Origin: Candidatus Poribacteria bacterium
GTDB lineage: Bacteria > Poribacteria > WGA-4E > JAJDTR01
Reading direction: 5' to 3'
DNA length: 64,000 nt
NCBI GenBank assembly: GCA_965222225.1
Contig: CBDCTK010000002.1
Location: 4,128,001 to 4,192,000, forward strand
The position numbers and the translations under genes are program-made. The notes under the pieces are model-generated. The model worked only from the letters and a program-made list of their open reading frames with translations. It had not been told where the DNA came from and did not search any database. Below, in pieces: positions 1 through 9,378 of this stretch; position 1 is the stretch's first letter; each line of letters begins with the position of its first letter.

Positions 1-1989
1 CTTGTACCTTACTACTGCCGCGCCCGGGCAATCCTTGATAGGAATCGTAAAACCGTTTTCCATCAATTCCCTCCCGCTCATGACCGCTTCTCCAGCAACA
101 TCAAAAGTGTTTAGTTTGTAGTCGGACTCCGGTACTAATCCATGAAGGGTGAAGATGCAAGTGTCGGTCTCATTCTCGGGTCGGCGGAACGCCTGCACCA
201 TCCCCTCACCCGACTCCGGCATGTTGAACTGCCAGGCTATCCAGACGTTGTTCTCCAGGCTGTAGGGGGTAAGCGGATAAAAATCACCGTAATAGTAATC
301 CACAATCTCCCGCCGCTGCCGGTGCAACTTTCGCAGCGCTTCGTAGTCAATCTCTTTGACACGTATGTCAATTGCACTGTTAATGCTCGGATAGCAGGTG
401 CTCCAGAATGCGTACGATTCTACTGATGTATGGCCTGCTCCGCCGTAGTCGGCGCTCGCATCGGCGACGTTGCCGCCACCGTGGTAGGGAATCCAAAAAG
501 AGATGCCGTAGGTCTGACACTGCTCTCCCACGGGTTCGTATTGATAGTCGGTCCGCCAAAGCGGCACGGCGCGGCGAAGGGTCTCAAGATCGTTCCGCCG
601 TCCGCCGGAGGCGCAGGTGTCAATGAGCATATTTGGGCGGCGGCGGATCAACTCGTCCCAATATGCCAAATACCCGGTCACATGCTTGATTTCGGTGATG
701 CCTTGCCTGTTTTCCGCGTCGTTTCCCCGCCAGTAATCTAGGGGATCCATATTGAAATCCTGCCGATAGACATCAATGCCCTGCAGGGTCAGGAGTTCAT
801 CAACGTGATTGGTTAACCAGTTCAAGGCGTCCGGATTTCCGAGGTCGAGCAGTCCGCCATCCGCGCCGCCCAACACCCATTCGGGATGATTCTCGGTGAG
901 CCAGGTATTAGCGGAAACCCGCTCCGGCTCAAACCAAACCATCGTCTTGATGTCCTTGGAATGAGCGTAGTCGCTAATGGCACGCAATCCTCTCGGGAAA
1001 CGCTCGGTGTCCACCTCCCATGTACCCACGTTTCCCCAGCCACCATCACAGGGATACCAGCCGGCATCCATCCACCAATATTGGAGTTTCAGGTTCTCCT
1101 CAATATAGCGATTGATAAACATGATTTGGTTCTCTTCGGTTGCGTTTACCATCTCGCCGTATACGCGGTAACTGGAACCGAGAACACGGGGTTCGGGAAG
1201 TTGCCCGTAGGGTTTGGGCATATTGTGATCCATCATCCACCGCCGCCAGACATTCTGCGAATCGATCCAGTCCCTGTTCTTCCAGAACAGAAGCGCAATC
1301 AACGGCGTGCGAACTTCTTCTTGGGGATGCAGCGTAAAGTGGGTAAGTTCCTGACCGGCGGTGACGTGCATTGTCTTATCCGAACTGCAACTGAAGTCGG
1401 CAGACCATTGACCGGGCCACCCAACAACCACAATAACGCCTTCATCTTTTCTACCTTCAAGGTTGAAGTAGGACATGTCCGTATTCGTCGGACGTCCCCC
1501 GGCACCGCTAAAGCGCTTGTTTGTGCCGGGTTGCATCACCGCTTGGAAGGGCCTGTAAGCGCTCGGTTCGGCGAATCCGCCCGCAAAGTGGTGCAGCACG
1601 ACTCTGTCCTCGTTTTCCTCTGCCCCGAAATTCAAACCTATGTCCAAGGCTTGAATGTCTGAAAGAATGGGGATATCCGAGGTCCCGGTATTCTTGAAGT
1701 AGAGCGTCCACTCGACCACTGGAAAATCGTCGTATTCAACCGCCACGCATCGCACTTGCAAGCCCGTGTGTGAATCCGTGTATGTGAGTGTCCGCCTAGT
1801 GCGGCATTCGTCCAATTCCTCGGAAGCGTCTTCGGTGTCGCAATCTTTGAGAAAATCGGATGATGTCCTATCGCCGTACTTGAAGGAGAAAGGCGGAACA
1901 GACGCATCTCGTCCTAGATTTAAGGCGATCCACTCTCTCCCCGATGCCATCTCTTCAGCGGTTGGTTTTGCTGTGTTTTCAGCGCTCAT
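1..1989 (-). CDS. GH36-like alpha-galactosidase (3' end runs off the window)
   Basis: Not in the ORF track because it has no stop in the window. Manual translation from ATG 1989 (RBS GGGAG) gives MSAENTAK...WWMDAGWY...W.VD.ERFPRGL..ISDYAH...VWFEPE...YRQDFN...IDTCASGGRRND, which are typical GH36 motifs. Confidence 0.85.
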   Translation of the reverse strand, partial: MSAENTAKPTAEEMASGREWIALNLGRDASVPPFSFKYGDRTSSDFLKDCDTEDASEELDECRTRRTLTYTDSHTGLQVRCVAVEYDDFPVVEWTLYFKNTGTSDIPILSDIQALDIGLNFGAEENEDRVVLHHFAGGFAEPSAYRPFQAVMQPGTNKRFSGAGGRPTNTDMSYFNLEGRKDEGVIVVVGWPGQWSADFSCSSDKTMHVTAGQELTHFTLHPQEEVRTPLIALLFWKNRDWIDSQNVWRRWMMDHNMPKPYGQLPEPRVLGSSYRVYGEMVNATEENQIMFINRYIEENLKLQYWWMDAGWYPCDGGWGNVGTWEVDTERFPRGLRAISDYAHSKDIKTMVWFEPERVSANTWLTENHPEWVLGGADGGLLDLGNPDALNWLTNHVDELLTLQGIDVYRQDFNMDPLDYWRGNDAENRQGITEIKHVTGYLAYWDELIRRRPNMLIDTCASGGRRNDLETLRRAVPLWRTDYQYEPVGEQCQTYGISFWIPYHGGGNVADASADYGGAGHTSVESYAFWSTCYPSINSAIDIRVKEIDYEALRKLHRQRREIVDYYYGDFYPLTPYSLENNVWIAWQFNMPESGEGMVQAFRRPENETDTCIFTLHGLVPESDYKLNTFDVAGEAVMSGRELMENGFTIPIKDCPGAAVVRYK

Positions 1990-2130
1990 GATGGTTTTCT
2001 CCCGTTACACAATTTATGTTAAGTGCGATGCAGGCAATACAGTTTGAACTGTTCAAGACTTACGCAAAAGCAGAAGTGCTAATTTCTGTGACAATCTCAT
2101 ATTGCAGGGCTTTTGTGGGGAATAACGAGG

Positions 2131-2254
2131 GATCAAGGGAACGAATAGTGACTGCGATAGAGATCCATGAAGGTATATAGAAACACCAAAACCCCGTGCA
2201 CATAAGCCCCAGCGCGGGATCAAACGAACGAATAGTGAGTGCGATAGAGATTCC
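2131..2254 (+). repeat. Two GATCAA-NN-GA-NN-GAATA...GCGATAGAGATCC units inside a REP-doublet remnant
   Basis: Units at 2131-2166 and 2218-2254. The spacer aaggtatatagaaacaccaaaaccccgtgcacataagccccagcg matches the REP doublet at about 48163-48220. Confidence 0.8.
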
Positions 2255-2296
2255 GGCAGGTTGCAAGGTATCAGGAACCGCTTGAGACTTTTTCAA

Positions 2297-2389
2297 TGGT
2301 CAACCAAAAAGACCAAATGTCTAAAATCTCCCCCGCTTTTCTTCAACGCTTGATTGACACCGTTTGTTGTCTCGCTCAAATGTACAAAG
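2297..2389. repeat. About 95-bp dispersed repeat, copy 1
   Basis: tcaaccaaaaagacca.atg..taaaatctcc.cc..ttttcttcaacgcttgattgacacc...tgttgt...aaatgtacaa recurs at about 42620-42710. Confidence 0.8.
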
Positions 2390-2442
2390 TCGATCTAAGT
2401 CCGATTGTAACTTAATCAGGAATTGCGCGATTCGGTTTTATC

Positions 2443-3303
2443 TTAAGCTATCGTGGGGCCGTCGCCAACCAGTGTGGTACGGTGCAAGATACGTGCGTAT
2501 TTGTTTCCATCCCATGGTCGAGCGCGGTGCAGGCAGCACATATTGTCATATACGACGAGATCATTCGCGCGCCATTTGTGGCTGTAGACGAACTGTGGTT
2601 GGGTAGACCAGTCCAGCAATTCCTTCAGCAACGCTTTGCCCTTTTCAAGGGGCAAACCGATAATGTGCGTTGCATAGGAACCCACCAGCAGCGCCTTTTT
2701 TCCCGTTTCCGGAATTGTCCGCACCAAGACTTGGTTCTGAGACGGTGTCTCCTCCAGAAAGGCTTTGCTCATCAAGTTCGGCGCAATCTGATCACGTGAG
2801 TGTGCCAAGCTGTGTTCTGCGACCAACCCCTCAAGGCTCGCCTTCTTTTCCTCGGACAAGGTGGCGTAGGCGGCGCACAAGCTGGCGAATTCGGTCCCCC
2901 CGCCGTCCGGAGGAACGACCTTTGCCGCTAACAGTGATCCTCGCAACGGTACGCGCTTGAACGAGCCGTCGGAATGCCAAAGTCCGTTGCCCCGGTGATA
3001 GACCATCCGGGGGTCCTCTGGCGGAATGAGTTCCTCATTTTCATCGAGGTTCGTAAGAACACCGACGGGGCCGCCGTCGCCGATGGGATCATTCCGCATC
3101 GTCATTTCTATCTTGCCCAAGCCTTCCGTGAACGTGACATGCTGTTCGTCCGTGATTTCTTGATCGTGGAAGATCAGAACCGCGTGTTCAGCAAGCGTGG
3201 TGCGAAGTTGCGCGAACGTTTCTTGGCTAATTGGCGAAGTAAGGTCAATACCCTGTACCTCGGCTCCGATGTTTTCTGTCAGTTTACGAACGGTGAATGC
3301 CAT
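2443..3303 (-). CDS. TauD/TfdA-family 2-oxoglutarate/Fe(II) dioxygenase
   Basis: WHSD (HxD), DN.CCLHRA (distal His), LHRT, and the N-terminal IGAEVQGIDL. Confidence 0.92.
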   Translation of the reverse strand: MAFTVRKLTENIGAEVQGIDLTSPISQETFAQLRTTLAEHAVLIFHDQEITDEQHVTFTEGLGKIEMTMRNDPIGDGGPVGVLTNLDENEELIPPEDPRMVYHRGNGLWHSDGSFKRVPLRGSLLAAKVVPPDGGGTEFASLCAAYATLSEEKKASLEGLVAEHSLAHSRDQIAPNLMSKAFLEETPSQNQVLVRTIPETGKKALLVGSYATHIIGLPLEKGKALLKELLDWSTQPQFVYSHKWRANDLVVYDNMCCLHRARPWDGNKYARILHRTTLVGDGPTIA

Positions 3304-4033
3304 TGTCTCGTCTCATCAATCTTATCAACGCAGCCACGGGAAAACCCCTAGCGAGTCAGGTGTCAACTATATATTATCGGTGGGAAAAAAGCAATAGAAA
3401 AATATGTGCTGTAGTGAGTAGCAAAGCAATCCTCCGGTTGTAGTGGATGTAGAAGTGTGTTATGGCTGCGACGAAATCTATTGGTAAGTCCACTTCCGTC
3501 CGGGATTCAGTTGTAGGAGCATTCATGGCTGCGTTGCGGGACTTGAGAGCAACCCTCGGGACGCCTACGGTTTCTTGTGGATCGACTATCATGAACTATG
3601 GTATAATTACAGCGTTTCCGCACAGTAGTCATGTCCTTGAATCGTTAATCATGGAACAGAGCAATCGCTGATTCCTTTCCACTGCTCTTCGAAGTCACAG
3701 TCCATAATGTCCTCGAATCGGTTGGTATTGCCAAGAAATCTACCTGAATTCGCGGCGGATCGAAATGCTTCAAACCAGACTGACGATTTAACCCTCCAAT
3801 GCACCACGCTTTCAGTCACGCTCGATTTGTAAGAAGCCGGATCGATACCCGTCGCTGATTCTCCTCTGCTCAGAAATTAACAAATCAAAGTACCGGGTAA
3901 TGAGGTGCCGTCTTTGTGCACAGTCCCTCCCGTTTCTGAAGCCACGTTTATCTTTCCGGGGTAACTCGGCAGATTAGCATCCGGCTAGCGGTGACCTTTA
4001 CAAGTGATTGCCCCATTTTCGATAGGAGGAATC

Positions 4034-5026
4034 ATGCCGTTAAAATCGAACTACAGACTGCTGTTTTTCGCAGGACTTTTTGCCATTCTATTGACTGAGG
4101 CGATGGTCGCGAGAAACGCGCTCGCCTTCAACACAAGTCGGATTGTTTTTGCATCCCTGAGAGATGGCAACAAGGAAATCTATGTAATGGATGCCGATGG
4201 AGGAAACCAAGAAAACCTGACAAACAATCCAGCGTATGACGGCCAGCCGGATTGGTCCCCTGACGGGACGAAGATTGCATTCGTTTCCCGCCGAGACGGC
4301 GTTTCTCAAATCTACGTAATGAACGCCGATGGAAAGAACCCGATTAGACTGACAGATGGACCGCGGTGGAAGCGGGATCCAGACTGGTCTCCCGATGGGG
4401 GTAAGATTGCATTCACCGTCAACGCAGATTGGAAAAAAGAAGAGTGGTTAGATCATATCGCCGTGATGGATGCTGATGGAAATAATCGTGTGAAGCATGA
4501 AGACCACGCGATGCAGCCATCATGGTCTCCTGATGGGGGTGAGATTGCATTCACATCCTGGAGAGATGATTGGAACTGGGATATTTACGTGATAGGCGCT
4601 GACAGACGGGGGCTTAAAAGGGTGACGCACGATTTAGCGCCTAAATTCAGACCAGCGTTTTCTCCCGACGGGGGACGGATTGCATACATGTCCGAGCACG
4701 AAGGATTCAATCACATCTATGTGGTGGGGGCGGATGGTAGAAATCGGGTGAGGCTTACGCACAATCAAGAGAATCATTTGGACCCCGCATGGTCTACCGA
4801 TGGACAGGCGATTGCATATTATCTCTCGGAGGGCATCTGGCCCGGGAACTTTCGCAGCACGATGCACTTGATGGCCTCCAATGGAAGGTATATTAGGCAA
4901 CTTAGCGATGGCCGTAATGCGCGCGATCTCTACCCCGACATTAGCCCGCTAGGATTTGCTGTGTCCCCAGCCGCGAAGTTTGTCACCATCTGGGGCAAGA
5001 TCAAAATGCTAACATTGGGTCGTTGA
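4034..5026 (+). CDS. Secreted TolB-like PD40 beta-propeller protein 1
   Basis: RBS AGGAGG before ATG 4034, a signal-like N-terminus, repeated P(D/S/A)WSPDGxxIAF, and C-terminal AVSPAAKFVTIWGKIK. Confidence 0.9.
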   Translation: MPLKSNYRLLFFAGLFAILLTEAMVARNALAFNTSRIVFASLRDGNKEIYVMDADGGNQENLTNNPAYDGQPDWSPDGTKIAFVSRRDGVSQIYVMNADGKNPIRLTDGPRWKRDPDWSPDGGKIAFTVNADWKKEEWLDHIAVMDADGNNRVKHEDHAMQPSWSPDGGEIAFTSWRDDWNWDIYVIGADRRGLKRVTHDLAPKFRPAFSPDGGRIAYMSEHEGFNHIYVVGADGRNRVRLTHNQENHLDPAWSTDGQAIAYYLSEGIWPGNFRSTMHLMASNGRYIRQLSDGRNARDLYPDISPLGFAVSPAAKFVTIWGKIKMLTLGR

Positions 5027-5080
5027 TGATGTGTGCGACGCGGTTGACACATCCGCTTATTTTCAAAATAGGAGGAACAG

Positions 5081-6058
5081 ATGTCATTCACAGCTAGACG
5101 ATTCTTGACTACAATGCTTGTCGTCTCCGTGTTAATCCAGATGCAGTTTGCTAAAAGCGGTTACGCCGCTCAGAGACCCAAGATTGCCTTCAGCTCTACG
5201 AGAGATGGAAACAGCGAAATCTACGTCATGGATATTGACGGACGTAATCATGTAAGACTAACGTATGATCCGGCGATTGACTATGATCCGTCGTGGTCTC
5301 CGAATGGCGATAGGATTGCGTTTGTCTCCAACAGAGACAATGGAGTTGAACAAATCTACGTCTTGGATTCTGACGGACGGAATTTGATGAGACTGACAAA
5401 CGAAGCGGTAAATCGGGAGCCGACGTGGTCTCCCACCGGAGAAAAGATTGCGTACACTCGCAGCAGAGGAGGACGTCAGGTTTGGGTAATGGACGACGAC
5501 GGACAAAACCAGACACGTTTGACTCAAATAGGCAAGAACCTTCACCCAGCCTGGTCGCCTGATGGGGTACGAATTGCCTTCGTATCCGTTAGGGACGGAA
5601 GGACCGGTATATACGCAATGGATAAGAACGGTAATAATCAGGAAAGAATCACCCTACACATGGTGATTCCGGGCCATCCATCGTGGTCTCCCGACGGTAA
5701 ATGGATTGCGTATGAATCTCTTGACGAAGAAAGCAAATTTCAAATCTTTCTCGTGAAAACCGATGGCAGCGGTCTTTCGAAAAGGCTAACACACAATCCA
5801 CCGAATAAATGGCGTCCTGCATGGTCCCCCGATGGCGACACGATTGCCTACGTGTCAGTAGAGCCCTTTCCCTTCCAAAATATGACGATTCACTTGATGA
5901 CTGCCCGTGGAAATCATCTTAAACAACTCAGTGAGGAGCACAATGGTTCGGATAACGATCCCGATTGGTATGCTCCGGTAGGATGGTCGGTGTCTCCCGC
6001 CGCAAACTTCATTACCATGTGGGGCGAGATTAAAAAGCCAACATCGGCTCTCCGTTGA
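5081..6058 (+). CDS. Secreted TolB-like PD40 protein 2
   Basis: RBS AGGAGG, WSPDG repeats, and C-terminal SVSPAANFITMWGEIK. Confidence 0.9.
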   Translation: MSFTARRFLTTMLVVSVLIQMQFAKSGYAAQRPKIAFSSTRDGNSEIYVMDIDGRNHVRLTYDPAIDYDPSWSPNGDRIAFVSNRDNGVEQIYVLDSDGRNLMRLTNEAVNREPTWSPTGEKIAYTRSRGGRQVWVMDDDGQNQTRLTQIGKNLHPAWSPDGVRIAFVSVRDGRTGIYAMDKNGNNQERITLHMVIPGHPSWSPDGKWIAYESLDEESKFQIFLVKTDGSGLSKRLTHNPPNKWRPAWSPDGDTIAYVSVEPFPFQNMTIHLMTARGNHLKQLSEEHNGSDNDPDWYAPVGWSVSPAANFITMWGEIKKPTSALR

Positions 6059-6108
6059 TGTGTACGGCGCGCTTGAAACTGCAGCTTTTTTTAAAAAAGG
6101 AGGAACAG

Positions 6109-7085
6109 ATGTCATTCAAAGCTAGACAACTGACGGGGACAGCGCTTGTCATCTCCCTGCTAATCCAGATGCACATTGCAGCAAGCAGTTACGCCTCTCG
6201 CAGAACCAAGATAGCCTTCACCTCTACGCGTGACGGGAATACTGAAATTTATGTCATGGATGGTGACGGGAGTAACCAGAGAAGAGTAACGGTAAATCCA
6301 GCAAGTGATGAATATCCGGCATGGTCTCCCGACGGCAAAAAGATTGCCTTTGTTTCCAATAGAAACAACGTAAACAAAGATCACAAGCAAATCTGGGTGA
6401 TCGACGCCGACGGGTAGAACCCGATTAGACTGACGGACGGGTTGGTGGACTCTTATCCGGATTGGTCGCCAGACGGCACGAAAATTGTGTACGACGCCCA
6501 TCTTCATCCAGAGGAACATCATGTAGCCCCCGCCGGGATTACTGTAATGGATGCGGATGGGAACAACAAGAGACTACTTACGGGTGAAGGCGCACATGCG
6601 TCGTGGTCGCCCGATGGAAAACGAATAGCATTTGTCTCCGGTAGAAATGAAAAAGTCAGTCACATTTTCGTAATGGATGCCGACGGACAGAATCAGATAG
6701 AGTTAACGCATGACTTCGTGCATAAACGTCTGCCATCATGGTCACCCGACGGGAAGCGCATCGCGTATGTGGGCGATAACGTGATTTGGGTGGTGGATAG
6801 CGACGGAGCGAACCAGAGGCAACTCACCAATATAATTACGGAAGAACACCCTACATGGTCACCGGACAGTGAATCCATTGCTTTTCACTCTTTTACAAGG
6901 GATCGTGGAACTGGGATTTACATGGTGGATGTAACTAACGGCGCTGTCGACGTTTTGCAAGTTGATCCCGCGTTCTTTAATCTCGACCCGATTGGCTCTA
7001 TCCCGGAGGACTCTCCGTTTCGCCGGAAGGTAGCCGGATTACAATTTGGGGCAGGATGAAGAGTACCGCGCTCAGCCTCCGGTGA
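6109..7085 (+). pseudogene. TolB-like PD40 protein 3, disrupted
   Basis: Close paralog of 7471-8457. In-frame TAG at 6415-6417 where the paralog has AAG, and a 1-nt deletion near 6990 (ccgattgg vs ccggattgg). The restored frame ends ITIWGRMKSTALSLR-TGA at 7085. Confidence 0.9.
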
Positions 7086-7470
7086 GGGGTGCGCTTGGTC
7101 GGTGGCAGTTAACGTTGTCTGAACTGTGATTCATGAGAATACGGGATTACCTTGATTGTACGTGATTAGTTGCGAGTCATGAGGCGACTATTCCGCATCT
7201 TGCAGCCACTAGGAATTAGGGAAAAAACCTAGTCTATAAGAAAAAAGGGATGAACGGAGTGAACAGCGAGTGGGATGGACTATCGCACGGGATTTGCTAT
7301 CGATCAAGTGAGCGAAAAGCGAACGCGATAGCCAGTCTTGCTCCTTATTCAGTCGCTTGATCGATATTCACTCACTTGACCGATAGAGGTCCCTTGCGCT
7401 AAAAACTGTCGGTTGATGTCTAGAATATTGTAATTCGCATATTAATTTTGCTCTGACTAAGGAGGAAAAA

Positions 7471-8457
7471 ATGACATTCAAAGCTAGACGCTTGTCCGTG
7501 GCAGCGCGTGTCATGTCTCTGTTAATACAGATGCACATTGCAGAAAACGGTTACGCCTCTCGCAGAACCAAGATCGCCTTCTCCTCTATGCGTGACGGGA
7601 ATTTGGAAATTTATGTCATGGATGGCGACGGGAGAAACCAGAGAAGAGTAGCGGTAAATCCGGCAAGGGACGAATATCCGGCATGGTCTCCCGACGGGAA
7701 AAAGATTGCGTTTGAATCCAATCGAAACAATGTAAACAAAGATCACAGGCAAATTTGGGTGATCGACGCCGACGGGAAGAACCCGATTCGACTGACGGAC
7801 GGGTTGGTGGACACTCATCCGGATTGGTCGCCAGACGGCACGAAAATTGTGTACGACGCCTATCTTGTTCCAGAGGACCATAATTTAGCACCCGGTGGGA
7901 TTGCTGTAATGGATGCGGATGGGAACAACAAGAGGTTAGTTAAGAATGCAAGAGGCTCACAATCGTCCTGGTCGCCCGATGGAAAACGAATAGCATTTAT
8001 CGCCGGTAAAAATCCTGGTGACGACTCTCAAATTTACGTAATGGATGTCGACGGACGAAATCGGTTGCAGTTAACGCATGACTTTGTGCACAAACGTTTG
8101 CCATCATGGTCACACGACGGGAAGCGCATCGCGTATGGTGGCGACAACGTGATTTGGGTGGTGGATAGCGACGGAGAGAATCCGAGGCAACTCACGTGGC
8201 ATGTTACGGAAGAACACCCTACATGGTCACCGGACAGCGAATCCATCGCGTTTCACTCTTTTGGAAGGGATCCTGGAATTGTTGGGATTTACACGGTGGA
8301 TGTAACTATCGGCGCTGTCGACCCTTTGCCAAGTGATCCCGGCTTCCAGAATTACTATCCGGATTGGCTCTATCCCGGAGGACTCTCCGTTTCGCCGGAA
8401 GGTAGCCAGAATACAATTTGGGGCAGGATAAAGCAATTGGCGGTCAACCTGCGGTAG
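7471..8457 (+). CDS. Secreted TolB-like PD40 protein 4
   Basis: RBS AAGGAGG, WSPDG repeats, and C-terminal SVSPEGSQNTIWGRIK. Confidence 0.9.
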   Translation: MTFKARRLSVAARVMSLLIQMHIAENGYASRRTKIAFSSMRDGNLEIYVMDGDGRNQRRVAVNPARDEYPAWSPDGKKIAFESNRNNVNKDHRQIWVIDADGKNPIRLTDGLVDTHPDWSPDGTKIVYDAYLVPEDHNLAPGGIAVMDADGNNKRLVKNARGSQSSWSPDGKRIAFIAGKNPGDDSQIYVMDVDGRNRLQLTHDFVHKRLPSWSHDGKRIAYGGDNVIWVVDSDGENPRQLTWHVTEEHPTWSPDSESIAFHSFGRDPGIVGIYTVDVTIGAVDPLPSDPGFQNYYPDWLYPGGLSVSPEGSQNTIWGRIKQLAVNLR

Positions 8458-8600
8458 TTTGCACACCGAATCGGTGAAATCGAAGGGATTGCGGCGTGCC
8501 GCTCCGCTACCTAGTTCATTGGTGGTACATCCGTGCGGCAAGCTTACCACATTAAAGGAGGGAGAACATGCGAATCAAGTCGATAAATAAACGAGAGTAT

Positions 8601-9008
8601 TCACACAAAGATAGATAAGGCAATCTTCTGATACCGACGGAAGACCTCTGGGTTGGTCAAAGCAGTCCATAACTTCATGGCATTGTCCACCATCTCAAGT
8701 TTCTTGGATACTATTTTGGTGCGGCGTGTGAATCGTCCAAGATGATGGCGTGTATTGCTGTTATCACGTTCGACTGTTGCTGTCCCTGATTTCCCGATGT
8801 GATGACGCTCCGCAGGAAGTACCTTGGCAAACGCTTCCCAATTGTCAGTGTAATACTGGCAATCACTTAAGTGTTTCACTTTGTCGAATAGCCGTCTGAA
8901 GGTATCAGCATCACGACCACCGATAACCCAGGCAACGGTTTTGCCTGTTTCACGAGAAACTGCTTTGTGAATCCATCTTTTGTTTTTTTTGACCCGATAA
9001 AATGCCAC
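8601..9008 (-). CDS. insB: IS1 InsB (DDE part), joined to InsA by a -1 frameshift
   Basis: YYTDNW...VERDNSNTRHHLGRF.R.TK. A slippery A8C run at 8982-8990 fuses ...HFIGSKK to NKRWIHKAV. Confidence 0.85.
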   Translation of the reverse strand: MAFYRVKKNKRWIHKAVSRETGKTVAWVIGGRDADTFRRLFDKVKHLSDCQYYTDNWEAFAKVLPAERHHIGKSGTATVERDNSNTRHHLGRFTRRTKIVSKKLEMVDNAMKLWTALTNPEVFRRYQKIALSIFV

Positions 9009-9319
9009 ATCTCATCAAATTCCAATTCACGGGTATTGATTGGAATCTCAGGCTCCGACAACAGGGCTGCTTCCTTTGCAGGCCATTTTTGAACAGTACT
9101 TGGCGATACATTAAACAAGTTGGCAATAGTGCCGTAAGACGCTTTTGCAAGCGAGTAGAGAATTACTGCAAAAGCACGCTTGATGGTGGTTTGAGGGTTG
9201 GTTCTCTCGTCTCCCTCAACGAAATTATAACCGCACGTTTTACAACGGTATCGCTGTTTGGAACGAACGAATCCGTTTTTCGTGACTTCCGAACTTTGAC
9301 AGTTCTTACAGTTTGACAT
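8876..9319 (-). CDS. insA: IS1 InsA (zinc ribbon + HTH), N-terminal part of the transposase
   Basis: CKNC...KNG...KQRYRCKTCG, an HTH (IANLFNVSPSTVQKW), and EFDEMW. Confidence 0.88.
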   Translation of the reverse strand: MSNCKNCQSSEVTKNGFVRSKQRYRCKTCGYNFVEGDERTNPQTTIKRAFAVILYSLAKASYGTIANLFNVSPSTVQKWPAKEAALLSEPEIPINTRELEFDEMWHFIGSKKTKDGFTKQFLVKQAKPLPGLSVVVMLIPSDGYSTK

Positions 9320-9378
9320 AATATCTCCTTCCTGACCTTTCTGGTTAGTTAGAAGAATTATATCATAAATCTATCTAT

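Noticed and set aside
886-1662. 258-aa plus-strand ORF and other long antisense ORFs (e.g. 22498-23313, 41044-41919)
   Set aside because: They are shadows of well-supported genes on the opposite strand.
2060-2296. Short ORFs containing ISIAVTIRSLDP-like peptides (also 26350, 27278, 27618, 34326, 42484)
   Set aside because: They are translations of the reverse complement of the repeat units, with no RBS or consistent frame.
3620-3725. Short imperfect direct repeat cacagt...atgtcct.gaatcg.tt
   Set aside because: There are only two weak copies, compatible with a decayed gene or chance.
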